64,000 nucleotides of DNA, from positions 313,010 to 377,009 of the forward strand of contig OY969116.1 in NCBI GenBank assembly GCA_963698075.1, in the 5' to 3' direction. Shown in pieces: positions 1 to 9,173 of the stretch. Below the pieces are notes generated by a model. The model saw nothing but the letters and a program-made list of their open reading frames with translations, was not told the origin of the DNA and searched no databases. Positions within the stretch are counted from its first letter, which is position 1. Every line of letters begins with the position of its first letter. The DNA comes from an uncultured Candidatus Berkelbacteria bacterium (GTDB lineage: Bacteria > Patescibacteriota > UBA1384 > UBA12157 > JAENIV01). The translations under genes and the position numbers were made by a program.

Positions 1-1382
1 AGAAAACCTAACTTTTGGATAACGCTTGAAATAATTTCTTTAGCAATGGTTTTTTCACTCTGTGAGAGTCCTCCAGATTGGGGTAAATTTTTAAAATAAT
101 TCTGGAGGCTGCCAATGTCCATCTCCGTTATCCCGACGATATTTTTGTTAGCCTGCGACGCACCAATGGTAATATTCAAAACTTCTGGCCGAAGACGTTT
201 ACCTTTACATGTCGGACAGATTCTTTCAACCATATATTTTTCAATTTCTGTCTTCAAATAATCTGAATCTGTTTCTTTATAACGTCTCTCTAAATTGGGA
301 ATTACTCCTTCAAATGTGCCGTCGCCGTAAAGAACAATCTGACGAACTTTCCGCGAAAGTTCTCCCACGGGCATATCTAGAGAAAATTTATGCCGATCCG
401 CCAAATCTTTAAGAGTTTTGTTATACCAGCTCGCATGGGAAGTAATTCTGGACCAAGGCCTAATTGCTCCTTCAGCTAAAGTTAATCGGGGATTTGGCAA
501 AACGAGACTCGGTTCAATCTCATATTTTCGTCCCAATCCTTGACAGGTCGGGCAGGCACCTTGCGGAGAATTGAAAGAAAACAATCTGGGATGCAATTCG
601 TCTAAAGTCGTTTGGCATTTAGGACAATTAAACATTTCCGAATATTTTTTCTCTTTGTTACTGACAGGATCGAGCACAATCAAGTTACCTTGCCCCATTC
701 TTAAAGTTTTTTCAACTGCCTTAATGACTTCCGCTTCTTCGAGATTATCATTCTCCAAAACAACGGCCTCGATTGAGTGTGGTTTGTTTTTATCCAGCGT
801 CAATAATTGAGCTTCGACCATATCCATCAAAACATCATCAATTCTAACTTTGGAAATTTTGAGGGCCTTCAGTTTCGCCAAAAGATATTTGTGTTCGCCC
901 CGCTGCAGTCTCACTTGTGGCGCCAAAAAGGCAATTTTTTTGGTCGACTTAAATTCAGCCATGATATTGGCGGCAATATCTTTGGCTTCCTGTTTGGTCA
1001 AAATACTCTTACAATTGGGACAATGTGGCCGGCCAATACGGGCAAAAAGAACTCTTAAATAGTCATAAATTTCGGTAACGGTTCCGACAGTTGAACGTGG
1101 GTTTTGTGAGGCGCTACGTTGATCAATCGAAATTGCTGGCGAAAGATTTTCAATCCAATCAACGTCAGGTTTTTCTAAATTACCAAAAAATTGTCTGGCA
1201 TACGTTGAAAGTGATTCCACATAGCGACGTTGACCCTCGGCATAAATCGTGTCAAAAGCCAATGATGATTTGCCCGACCCGGAAATACCGGTGATTACGA
1301 CGATCTTGTCACGGGGGATTTCTAAATTGATATTTTTGAGGTTGTGTTCGCGAGCGCCATGAACAATAATTTTGTCTCTCAT
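1..1382 (-). CDS. uvrA: Excinuclease ABC subunit A (UvrA), N-terminal ~460 aa; gene continues beyond window start
   Basis: Minus-strand translation from ATG at 1382-1380 gives [65 protein letters not shown] plus zinc-finger CxxC pairs, the classic UvrA N-terminus. Not in the ORF track because the ORF runs off the window. Confidence 0.85.
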   Translation of the reverse strand, partial: MRDKIIVHGAREHNLKNINLEIPRDKIVVITGISGSGKSSLAFDTIYAEGQRRYVESLSTYARQFFGNLEKPDVDWIENLSPAISIDQRSASQNPRSTVGTVTEIYDYLRVLFARIGRPHCPNCKSILTKQEAKDIAANIMAEFKSTKKIAFLAPQVRLQRGEHKYLLAKLKALKISKVRIDDVLMDMVEAQLLTLDKNKPHSIEAVVLENDNLEEAEVIKAVEKTLRMGQGNLIVLDPVSNKEKKYSEMFNCPKCQTTLDELHPRLFSFNSPQGACPTCQGLGRKYEIEPSLVLPNPRLTLAEGAIRPWSRITSHASWYNKTLKDLADRHKFSLDMPVGELSRKVRQIVLYGDGTFEGVIPNLERRYKETDSDYLKTEIEKYMVERICPTCKGKRLRPEVLNITIGASQANKNIVGITEMDIGSLQNYFKNLPQSGGLSQSEKTIAKEIISSVIQKLGF

Positions 1383-1521
1383 TTTTTTCTTTCTGATTAA
1401 CTTTAGCTATTGTAACATAAATTAAAGTCTTTGACAATATCTAGAGACTATTTGACAATCTCTCAAATTTTCCTTAATTTTAAAATGAATAATATTTATC
1501 TTAATTAGAAATGGAGGTTAA

Positions 1522-1941
1522 ATGCTAGGAGGAAAAACTACCGGTCCCTCTGGTCCAGGGACGGTTGTTGGTGCCAACGTCAAACTCGTTGGCACCTTGC
1601 AAGATGCCAGTGACATTACCATTCATGGTCGGATTGAAGGGGAGGTCATTTCCTCCCAGGGAATTTCTGTCACTGAAACCGCCTACATCAAAGGGCCAGT
1701 TTCTGGCGAAATCATCACCATCGCCGGAAAAGTCAGGGGATCAATTACTTGTACCGGAAGAATGGAAATTTTGCCAACGGGAAAAGTGTTCGGATCGATT
1801 ACCAGTAAAGATCTTTCGATCAAATCTGGGGCCATCTTTGTCGGCAAATGCACCATGCCAGAAGGCGAGAAAGAAGAAGAGGAAGAAAAATTGCCCGAAA
1901 AGGAAATCTCAAAGGAGACAGCCGCCTACGAAGTCGAATAG
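1522..1941 (+). CDS. Bactofilin-like polymer-forming protein with acidic C-terminal tail
   Basis: Repeated beta-helix-like motifs (IHGRIEGEVIS, ITIAGKVRGSI, GKVFGSITS) typical of the bactofilin/DUF583 family; E-rich tail. Confidence 0.55.
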   Translation: MLGGKTTGPSGPGTVVGANVKLVGTLQDASDITIHGRIEGEVISSQGISVTETAYIKGPVSGEIITIAGKVRGSITCTGRMEILPTGKVFGSITSKDLSIKSGAIFVGKCTMPEGEKEEEEEKLPEKEISKETAAYEVE

Positions 1942-1946
1942 CATAA

Positions 1947-2696
1947 ATGTACTATTACATAATGGAGTCTCCGAAGGCAAAAATTGTCTCCCGACAGGAA
2001 AAAATTAAAGATATCTTGGGCGACTTGGGCATCGCTGGTGAGACAGTCTCACCTTCGGCGGCTCGCACAATTGAAGAACTGACCCATTTAGGAATCATTA
2101 AGGGATATTCCACTATCGTTGCTGTTGGTCCAGAAAGTCTGGCTAATAAAGTTATCACGGTGCTGGCGACTCAAAAAGAAGTTAAAGATGTTGTTTTGGG
2201 GATAATCCCTGATGATTTCACCTCCCAGATTGCTCGAAAAATCGGCACCAAAGATTTATACACTGCCTGTGAGGCTTTGAAAAACCGCAAACTAGAAACT
2301 ATTGATCTCTGTTTGCTGGAACCCAACAAATATTTCTTAACCGACGGCACAATCGAAACTTTCTTTAACCAGGAAATTTACTTCTCGATTGAAAATCTTA
2401 AAGGTAAAGCCATCGCTAATAAAGTTGTCATTAAACCAGGCTTAGAAGTTTTCTTTTATGATAAATCACTCCAGGGAACCCCTTTGTCTTCTTTTTGGCG
2501 ATGGCTTTTTGGGAAAAAACAAGATGATATTTATTCTAGCTACTTTCAAAGCAAACGCTTAAGAATTGAGTCACAAAATAGTCTTTCTTTAAAAGTCTCC
2601 GGTCAAACAATCGCTAAAACTCCTCTAACCTTACATAATCGTTCTCGGATCTTGAAAATTATTGTCGCCCGTGATAGAATCAAAAAAGAAAAGTAA
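1947..2696 (+). CDS. Diacylglycerol/lipid kinase catalytic-domain-like protein, degenerate (GGDGT motif replaced by GPESL)
   Basis: VLGIIPDDFTSQIARKIG resembles the DAGK_cat LGIIPxGTxNDFAR motif. The upstream VAVGPESLANKVITVL aligns to the (V)AxGGDGT(V)NEV region but lacks the GGDGT glycines. Confidence 0.35.
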   Translation: MYYYIMESPKAKIVSRQEKIKDILGDLGIAGETVSPSAARTIEELTHLGIIKGYSTIVAVGPESLANKVITVLATQKEVKDVVLGIIPDDFTSQIARKIGTKDLYTACEALKNRKLETIDLCLLEPNKYFLTDGTIETFFNQEIYFSIENLKGKAIANKVVIKPGLEVFFYDKSLQGTPLSSFWRWLFGKKQDDIYSSYFQSKRLRIESQNSLSLKVSGQTIAKTPLTLHNRSRILKIIVARDRIKKEK

Positions 2697-2706
2697 AAAT
2701 GACACT

Positions 2707-2790
2707 CCGTCGACGTAGTCGACGGTATCTTATCCTCCATTCCGGCGGAGTGGAAATCCGCCGAAGCCCCGCTTAGCGGGGCGAAGGAGG
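2707..2790 (+). promoter_or_regulatory. infC leader: three consecutive hairpins then SD GAAGGAGG
   Basis: Perfect inverted repeats ccgtcgac-gta-gtcgacgg (2707-2725), ggcgga-gtggaaa-tccgcc (2744-2762) and gccccgc-tta-gcggggc (2766-2782), then gaaggagg (2783-2790) and ATT. Confidence 0.4.
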
Positions 2791-3327
2791 ATTATCAAAG
2801 GGTTAACGATTAAAGAATTAAAAACAAACCAAGAAATTATTTCATCCGAGGTCGTTCTCATTGATGAGAACGGCAAATCCCAAGGAGTCACCAGTCTCGA
2901 CCAAGCGTTACTTCTTGCCTATGAAGCTGGTTTGGATCTGGTTGAAGTCAATATCCATTCCCGTCCACCGGTCGTAAAAATCATGGATTACGGCAAATAT
3001 CGTTACGCCCAAGAAAAGCAAGAATCCAAACAAAAATCGAAATCGAAGGGACCTGAGATAAAGGAAGTTCGCCTTAGTCTTAAGATATCTTCTCATGACT
3101 TGGAATTTAAAACCCGTCAAGCACAAAGGTTTTTAAATGAAGGAGATAAAGTTAAGGTAGCTGTCAAACTTATTGGCCGAGAAATGATGTTTCGTGAGAA
3201 AGCTCGAGAGATGATCGAAAATTTTCGTCGAAATACCAATACCGAATACGAAAGTCCGGTGGAAAGACTGGGTAACCAATTTTCTGCCGTCTTGATAGGA
3301 AAAAAATATGAAGCAAAAGACCGTTAA
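2791..3327 (+). CDS. infC: Translation initiation factor IF-3, ATT start codon
   Basis: In-frame translation from ATT 2791 gives IIKGLTIKELKTNQEIISSEVVLIDENGKSQGVTSLDQALLLAYEAGLDLVEVNIHSRPPVVKIMDYGKYRYAQEK..., a full IF-3. A non-AUG (AUU) start is characteristic of infC. SD is 7 nt upstream. The ORF track shows only the internal Met at 2932. Confidence 0.85.
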   Translation: MIKGLTIKELKTNQEIISSEVVLIDENGKSQGVTSLDQALLLAYEAGLDLVEVNIHSRPPVVKIMDYGKYRYAQEKQESKQKSKSKGPEIKEVRLSLKISSHDLEFKTRQAQRFLNEGDKVKVAVKLIGREMMFREKAREMIENFRRNTNTEYESPVERLGNQFSAVLIGKKYEAKDR

Positions 3328-3502
3328 ATCAGCCAAAAAAAGATTAATGACCACGGGAAGTGGGAAAATATTGCGCCGGAGACTCTCGGCGCAACATTTG
3401 GCTATGGGGAAATCAAAAAGGGTCCGTCGAGCGGCCGGCAAAAAGGTTTTAATTTCCTCGGTTGATTCGCGTAAGATTAAAAAATTAGTCCCCAATAGGT
3501 AA
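3308..3502 (+). CDS. rpmI: 50S ribosomal protein L35
   Basis: 64 aa, basic, MKQKTVKSAKKRLMTTGSGKILRRR; position in the infC-rpmI-rplT operon. Confidence 0.85.
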   Translation: MKQKTVKSAKKRLMTTGSGKILRRRLSAQHLAMGKSKRVRRAAGKKVLISSVDSRKIKKLVPNR

Positions 3503-3508
3503 TAAAAC

Positions 3509-3856
3509 ATGGCCAGAGTAAAACGTGGAGTTACAACCAAAGCAAAACATAAAAGATTATTGGCTAAGACTAAGGGTTTTCGTCATGGCCGCAAAAATTT
3601 AGTGCGGATGGCAAGACAGGCGGATTTGAAAGCTGGTCAATACGCTTATCGCGACCGCCGAGCCAAAAAGCGCGATTTCCGCCGCCTTTGGATTATTCAA
3701 ATCAACGCCGCCTGCCGGCAAAATGATATGAAATATTCGGCCTTTATTAAAGCGCTCAAAGAAAAAAAAATCGACCTTGACCGAAAAGTTCTCGCTGACA
3801 TTGCCGAGAACAATCCTGAAGAATTTACGAATTTAGTCGAAAAAGTCAAATCTTAA
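3509..3856 (+). CDS. rplT: 50S ribosomal protein L20
   Basis: MARVKRGVTTKAKHKRLLAKTKGFRHGRKNLVRMA... is the canonical L20 N-terminus. Confidence 0.9.
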   Translation: MARVKRGVTTKAKHKRLLAKTKGFRHGRKNLVRMARQADLKAGQYAYRDRRAKKRDFRRLWIIQINAACRQNDMKYSAFIKALKEKKIDLDRKVLADIAENNPEEFTNLVEKVKS

Positions 3857-3911
3857 TTAAAAGAAAGATGCCCCGGGGTTCCCAGGGCACCGATGAACTC
3901 GTTATAGTCTC

Positions 3912-5144
3912 TTAGGATGTGGCGATGCTAGCGTGCTCTTCGATACTAGCGTAAGGAAGGAAGGGCTCGACCCACTCCTCGACAGGTCTGGCGTCGAAGA
4001 TATTCCGGCGCAATAGCCGGTTGCCAACGGTTCCGATTGCCTGCTCCATCATCCAGACGGACTGGCGAGTGGCTTCCTCGATCTGCTGGTCAGTCACATA
4101 CTGGTTGATGTAATGGAGCCAGTCGTCCCCGTGGTCTCGCATTGCTGATTCCTTGGCCGCGTAGATCCCCTGTGCCCGGAAGACCGCGCGCTGGATCTCT
4201 TTATTCGCGGGAATCAGGTAATTGATATCACCTCGAGCGTAGGGAACTGCCAGGCGATTTTCATCGACCGTACAGGCGAAATCGCCGAAGCGTCCAGCGG
4301 CTTCCTCGACTTTGCCATCAATGTTGTCGATGCCCGCAGCCCGACAGAACGCGCGTTGATGATGGGCATTGCGCACTAACGTGGCCTGCCAGGCGGTGAA
4401 GGACAGATCGTCGAGATGCATGAAGCGCTGAGCTTCCTCGGGGGTGATGTCCTTATCGCCGGCCGGATCGTACTTTGCGTTGAAACTGATCGCCGGTTCA
4501 TCCATGAGGAATCCAGGGTTCGGAATCCGGTCGAGGTTGGCGTCGGCGAATACCTGCCGCATCTTGGGATCTTCCATGATTCCAGGAATCGCCCGAATCT
4601 CGTCGAGCCCGACGACCGTCTCGTCATAGGTCGCCAACTGCTCATAGCGATTCCCCATGCCCGCGGCGTTGAAGATCCGTTTGAATGTTGAGCTGCCGAG
4701 CGGGAAGCCGAACCGGAAGATGCATTCGGCGTCCGAGACGAAGGTCGTTATATGGCCGGCTGCGATGAGGCGGTGGTAGATGGCGCGGCTCTCGACAGTG
4801 AGAACGTCGCTGAGGATGTATGGGGTGGCCGCCAACCGCATAACCACCTTGTTGCTCTTCTCTCCTCGGTCAAGGAGAGTCCCGACGGTAACGACCTGGT
4901 CGCCATGATCCAGCATGCCGACGTAGGTGCTCCGGAACCCGGCCTTAGCCGCTTCTTCCCAGTAGTATGCCGCGGTCATCGCGAGGACATATCTCTTGCC
5001 ACGTATCTCCTGTGATGGAATCTTCTTCTTGAGATCGGCGACCGAGAAGCGCCCGCTGACGATCCACGGTCCGATGCCCAGGTACCAAAGCCCGGGCGCC
5101 ACGAATTGCGGCCAGGTTGGATCCAAGTCCTTGACGCTACCCAT
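3912..5144 (-). CDS. ATP-dependent purine-pathway-type ligase (PurP/FAICAR-synthetase-like or PurC-like); GC-rich, assignment uncertain
   Basis: 410 aa; segments YVLAMTAAYYWEEAAKAGFRSTYV and GMGNRYEQLATYDE resemble archaeal PurP (TIATLGSH..KGAKxEGFxTV; GARGGRGYFIA). Partial resemblance to SAICAR synthetase also noted. GC about 58% against the low-GC background. Confidence 0.3.
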   Translation of the reverse strand: MGSVKDLDPTWPQFVAPGLWYLGIGPWIVSGRFSVADLKKKIPSQEIRGKRYVLAMTAAYYWEEAAKAGFRSTYVGMLDHGDQVVTVGTLLDRGEKSNKVVMRLAATPYILSDVLTVESRAIYHRLIAAGHITTFVSDAECIFRFGFPLGSSTFKRIFNAAGMGNRYEQLATYDETVVGLDEIRAIPGIMEDPKMRQVFADANLDRIPNPGFLMDEPAISFNAKYDPAGDKDITPEEAQRFMHLDDLSFTAWQATLVRNAHHQRAFCRAAGIDNIDGKVEEAAGRFGDFACTVDENRLAVPYARGDINYLIPANKEIQRAVFRAQGIYAAKESAMRDHGDDWLHYINQYVTDQQIEEATRQSVWMMEQAIGTVGNRLLRRNIFDARPVEEWVEPFLPYASIEEHASIATS

Positions 5145-5163
5145 CGTTTCCTCCTTGCCTTTC

Positions 5164-5736
5164 CTAGCGTTGACCGGCTACCGCATTACCGGCCAAAACG
5201 ATGGCCTCATCCAAGAGTAGTACTTCGACCGGACGCGGCTTGGGAAGCTTGACCTCGGGGAGTTGTCCCTTGATGGCAAACCTGCAGGCACGCAAGAAAC
5301 CCTCGGATCCGACGAACGTGCGGATACCATCACCACTAACCACCTGGGTTCCTGGGACTTCCGTTATAGACAGCTTCGCTGCCAAGGTATGCTTGTTGTT
5401 GCTTGGATCTTCGAACGCTACTCCTACCACGATAATATGAGTGTCATTAAGAGAGTAGCGCAGATATGAATCGCATATCCCCGTGAGGTGATTTGCCCAT
5501 CCCGCCGCCGTTAACAGAACGTCGATTGGCGGCTTCATTTTGCTCAGAGACTCCAGATGAGCAAGCGTCTCCCGCGTTACACGATGGATGCTACTAGCCC
5601 GGATATCGATGAGCTCGATTTCCCCGTGCTTCTTGGCCGTTGCGAGCAACTGAAGGCCATCAAGGCACTGCTTGAGATCGGACTTTGAACCAACTATTAC
5701 AGCGATTCTTCTCATGCCGTGTTTTCCCTCCATCAC
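5164..5736 (-). CDS. PurE-like (AIR carboxylase / N5-CAIR mutase fold) protein, GC-rich
   Basis: IAVIVGSKSDL (GSxSD motif) and LLTAAGWANHLTG (AGxAAHLPG-like) match PurE-family signatures. Confidence 0.5.
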   Translation of the reverse strand: MMEGKHGMRRIAVIVGSKSDLKQCLDGLQLLATAKKHGEIELIDIRASSIHRVTRETLAHLESLSKMKPPIDVLLTAAGWANHLTGICDSYLRYSLNDTHIIVVGVAFEDPSNNKHTLAAKLSITEVPGTQVVSGDGIRTFVGSEGFLRACRFAIKGQLPEVKLPKPRPVEVLLLDEAIVLAGNAVAGQR

Positions 5737-5845
5737 GAAGGTTCATCCCGCCTTTGGCAGGAGCATTTTAAGAGTACAAATTCACCCTGATTTTGTCAAT
5801 CCATTCGACTTCGCTCAGGATTGATACTGAGTTAAAATCGAAGTG

Positions 5846-6514
5846 TCAAACTTTGATTTCTAAAGTATCGTAGGCCAAATTAAAACGCTTATCGCCTAAT
5901 TTTTGAACAATTGCCGTCATTTCTTTGTGGGTTTTTCGCGTATGGCCGTTATGGGTAAAATAGATCTTTTTTAAATTTTTATAGGGCTTGATTGTCGCGA
6001 TGATCTCGTTGATTGACAGATGTCCCCCAAAAGTTCTACCGAGCATCGAACCGTCAAGGATAGCAATTTTGACTTCTTGTAGATATTTCTCCGCTAAATT
6101 GAGTGATAAACTATCAGGAATATAGGCAACGTCGTTAACTATTAAACCGACGGTGGGGGCCATTTTAGAATGTTCAACTTTGAAAGCAAAAAAATCAATT
6201 CCCAGAAGTTTAAAATGTTGACCGGGCTTTGCCCGGATTAACCTGATATCGCGGTTAATTCTTAAGATAAATTTGAGACCACCGATATGATCCTCGTGCT
6301 CGTGAGTGACAATTAAAGTATCAATATTTCTTATTTGGGGAGTCCTCAACTGCTTTAAAATATCAGGGGAGGCATCGATTAAAATTTTTTTGTTAATCAA
6401 AATTGATGACCGTAATCTTTGGTCTTTTTTATCTTTTGATTGACATTGGGGACAATCGCAGCTTTCTCGCGGGATGGCTTTTTCACTTGAGGTACCCAAA
6501 AATTTTATCGTCAT
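5846..6514 (-). CDS. MBL-fold metallo-hydrolase (PhnP/ElaC-like)
   Basis: THEHEDHIGG metal-binding motif; additional His/Asp further downstream. Confidence 0.6.
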   Translation of the reverse strand: MTIKFLGTSSEKAIPRESCDCPQCQSKDKKDQRLRSSILINKKILIDASPDILKQLRTPQIRNIDTLIVTHEHEDHIGGLKFILRINRDIRLIRAKPGQHFKLLGIDFFAFKVEHSKMAPTVGLIVNDVAYIPDSLSLNLAEKYLQEVKIAILDGSMLGRTFGGHLSINEIIATIKPYKNLKKIYFTHNGHTRKTHKEMTAIVQKLGDKRFNLAYDTLEIKV

Positions 6515-6519
6515 AGTTT

Positions 6520-6879
6520 TTATCTTTGAAGCTTCCGCTGAAACTTCTTATTTGCACAAGTGACACAAAGGTCAGCTCCGGGATACGCTTTAAGTCTTCC
6601 TTGCTCTATTGACCCCTTGCACTGTTCGCAGAAACCATAACTGCCTTTTTCAATTTTGGTTAGGGCTTTCTTGGTATCTTGGATTAGATTGCGGATATTT
6701 TTCTGCAGACTTAAATTCTCCTGAAATTTCTCTAATTCTTGAACATTTTCATCTTCAGAAGTGCCATATTCAGGAAACTTTCGAGTTAACTTATACTGCT
6801 CTTCAAGATGGGCTAATTCCCTCTGAAGCAATTTTTTCTGTTTCCTCACAAAAAGGGTGTTGGAAATTTGTTCAAGCAT
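6520..6879 (-). CDS. DksA/TraR family C4-type zinc-finger protein with coiled-coil N-terminus
   Basis: C-terminal CEQCKGSIEQGRLKAYPGADLCVTC four-Cys finger; coiled-coil-rich N-terminal half. Confidence 0.6.
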   Translation of the reverse strand: MLEQISNTLFVRKQKKLLQRELAHLEEQYKLTRKFPEYGTSEDENVQELEKFQENLSLQKNIRNLIQDTKKALTKIEKGSYGFCEQCKGSIEQGRLKAYPGADLCVTCANKKFQRKLQR

Positions 6880-6983
6880 TGGGCTCCTTTCTCAAATCTA
6901 TCCCAACTTGATATTAAACCATAATTTAAGATTGTCAAATCATCATTGAAAATCAACCCATTTTCGAATAAAATAATCTAAGA

Positions 6984-7056
6984 GGGCGTTTAGCTCAGCA
7001 GTTAGAGCGCTACGTTCACATCGTAGAAGTCAGAGGTGCGAATCCTCTAACGCCCA
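6984..7056 (+). tRNA. tRNA-Val (anticodon CAC), no encoded CCA
   Basis: Cloverleaf built by hand: acceptor gggcgtt/aacgccc, D-arm gctc..gagc, anticodon arm ctacg-ttcacat-cgtag, T-arm agagg-tgcgaat-cctct. Confidence 0.9.
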
Positions 7057-7069
7057 CTATCAATATTTT

Positions 7070-7855
7070 TTGTATAAAAAAATGTTTTATTTAATCGTTG
7101 CTCTCATCAATGCAGTCTATGGAATAATGCTTTTAGTGAGCATCACCCGCGATACCCCGGGATTTTTGCTAATTTTATTTATTGGGCTTGTTTTATCAAT
7201 CTTGGGGTTGGTTGGCCTGGGACTTTGGCTATGGCAAATGATTGTCAATATTAAGGGAGGGTCGAAAAAGGCCGAGCTCGCTTTAAAGAATTGGTGGCAA
7301 ATTGCCAAGGGAATTGATGTTCTTTTAATTGTGGGATTACTTTTTAGATTTCTCGTTCTCGAGCCATTTGTCGTCGAGGGAAATTCTATGGAACCTAACT
7401 TTCATGACCATGAATATCTTTTAGTTAATCAACTGACCTATCGAATTCGTGCTCCCGAAAGAGGTGAGACTATCATTTTTCAATATCCGAAAGATCCCAA
7501 GGAAGATTTTATTAAAAGGATTATCGGTTTGCCGGGAGAAAAAGTGGAGATCAAAAATGGTCAAGTTTTTATCAACGATCACTTGTTAGAAGAAAAATAT
7601 CTTAATTTAGCTGAAGGTAGCGTGAGTTCCACTTCGGGTGAAAGTTTTCTAGTCCTTGGAAATGATGAATATTTTGTCATGGGCGATAATCGCAATCACT
7701 CTTCAGACTCGCGTGACTGGGGATCGCTCCCTCGTAAAAATATTATTGGCCGCGCCTGGCTTGACGTTTATCCATTTCGATATTGGGGCTTGGTTAAAAA
7801 TTACGAAAGTAGTTTTTTGACCTCATCATCACTTATTTGGGGAAATTCTTCATAA
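7070..7855 (+). CDS. lepB: Signal peptidase I with two N-terminal TM helices
   Basis: GNSMEPN (Ser box), KRIIGLPGE, GDNRNHSSDSR motifs. Confidence 0.8.
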   Translation: MYKKMFYLIVALINAVYGIMLLVSITRDTPGFLLILFIGLVLSILGLVGLGLWLWQMIVNIKGGSKKAELALKNWWQIAKGIDVLLIVGLLFRFLVLEPFVVEGNSMEPNFHDHEYLLVNQLTYRIRAPERGETIIFQYPKDPKEDFIKRIIGLPGEKVEIKNGQVFINDHLLEEKYLNLAEGSVSSTSGESFLVLGNDEYFVMGDNRNHSSDSRDWGSLPRKNIIGRAWLDVYPFRYWGLVKNYESSFLTSSSLIWGNSS

Positions 7856-8412
7856 AATTGACCGACGGCGAAAAACATTGGCTCAATATTGAGAACTATT
7901 ATTTCGTCAACTTTTGGCTTTAGATTTTCAACAGTTTCTGGTGGCGCCACCGGCACGGCAATAATAATTTTAGCCGGATTTTGTAATTTCACTTCCTTTA
8001 TTGCCACTTCCATCGTTAAACCGGTAGCCAATCCGTCATCAACAAGAATCGCCATTTTGTTTTTTAAATCAATCTCTGGTTTTGAGCCGCGATATTCTTT
8101 AAGACGTCTTTGGATTTCTTGGCGCTCTTTTCGTGCCTCGTCCTGGAGATATTCTGGATTAGGGTTTTCTCGCGGGCTGATGATCATTTCGTGGGCAGAA
8201 ACCGCCGCCACCGCGTATTCCGGATTCATGGGCGCGCCGATTTTGCGGGTGACAATAATATCTAATGGCGAGTTTAGAGTTTTGGCAACTTCAGCGCCGA
8301 TGATAATCCCACCGCGGGGCAAAGCTAAAATAATCCCCTTTTTAATCTCGGGAAATTTACTTCTTAATTTTTGAGAAAGCATCTGACCAGCCTCAACTCG
8401 ATTTCTAAACAT
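7801..8412 (-). CDS. Type I phosphoribosyltransferase-domain protein
   Basis: ILVDDGLATGLT PRPP-binding motif; about 200 aa. Confidence 0.55.
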   Translation of the reverse strand: MFRNRVEAGQMLSQKLRSKFPEIKKGIILALPRGGIIIGAEVAKTLNSPLDIIVTRKIGAPMNPEYAVAAVSAHEMIISPRENPNPEYLQDEARKERQEIQRRLKEYRGSKPEIDLKNKMAILVDDGLATGLTMEVAIKEVKLQNPAKIIIAVPVAPPETVENLKPKVDEIIVLNIEPMFFAVGQFYEEFPQISDDEVKKLLS

Positions 8413-8964
8413 TTAATCCCCCAAAGGCAAAGTCTTTATTAAAGTATGTTTCGGCCCATCGCTTAAGAGTTCAGATTCGAATAGGATAATTTCTTTTACC
8501 GGAAAACAAGGAAAATCTTTTTTGGATATCTTATTGACAATATTTTCAAGATTTCTGGATTTTTTTATTCTGGCAAAAGTGACATGTGGCTTGAATTTGC
8601 GTGAATCATCAAACTGGATATCAGCCGCCTTCAAAATTTTACTGATTTTTTCTTGAAAATGAATAATTTCTTCATTTTCCTTAAAGCCCACCCAAAGATT
8701 ATGAGGTTTTTCTAAATTCGGAAACCCGCCTAAATTCAAACAAGTTAGCTTTAGTTTTTCAGATCTAATTTTTCCCAAAGACTCCACAATTTTTGGAATC
8801 AAAGTATAGTCTGTATCACCTAAAAAAACCAAAGTCAAATGGATATTTTCCGGTTTAACCCATTTGGCGTCAACACCAGCTGATTTCAATTCTTCCTGAA
8901 TCACCCTGATTTTTTGTTGAATTTCGTCGGGGATTTCAATCGCCACGAACAATCTCTTTTTCAT
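8413..8964 (-). CDS. thpR: RNA 2',3'-cyclic phosphodiesterase (2H phosphoesterase, LigT/ThpR)
   Basis: Two HxT/S motifs: HLTLVFLG and HVTFAR. Confidence 0.7.
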   Translation of the reverse strand: MKKRLFVAIEIPDEIQQKIRVIQEELKSAGVDAKWVKPENIHLTLVFLGDTDYTLIPKIVESLGKIRSEKLKLTCLNLGGFPNLEKPHNLWVGFKENEEIIHFQEKISKILKAADIQFDDSRKFKPHVTFARIKKSRNLENIVNKISKKDFPCFPVKEIILFESELLSDGPKHTLIKTLPLGD

Positions 8965-9017
8965 GGCTTCATTTTACCATATCTGTTATAATGAATAAAG
9001 AAATCACAAATAAATTG

Positions 9018-9168
9018 GGAGCGAAGCCAAGTATCCTCAAAAGTGGCTATCGCAGGCCAAAAAGCATGGTTCCGAGGTAATCCGAGGATTTTTGGCCGAG
9101 ATCGCAGGCACCGATTGCGCGCTGGAGCAATCGTAGTGCCGGCATCTTTTGACGGATACTGGCGAGCG
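9018..9168. mobile_element. MITE-like element copy 1 (intergenic), imperfect terminal inverted repeats
   Basis: Ends GAGCGAAGCCAAGTATCCTCAAAAGT ... ACTTTTGACGGATACTGGCGAGCGA are shared with the copy at 16621-16749. Core is GC-rich with internal direct repeats (atcgcaggc x2, tccgagg x2). Confidence 0.5.
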
Positions 9169-9173
9169 ATATT

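Noticed and set aside
4376-4691. Antisense and overlapping small ORFs inside GC-rich genes (4376-4645, 4416-4691, 43505-43765, 43640-44041, 43782-44183, 44038-44607, 58219-58595, 20018-20392 etc.)
   Set aside because: Typical stop-codon-poor artifacts of high-GC DNA or acidic-tail repeats. They are fully contained in better-supported genes on the other strand or frame.
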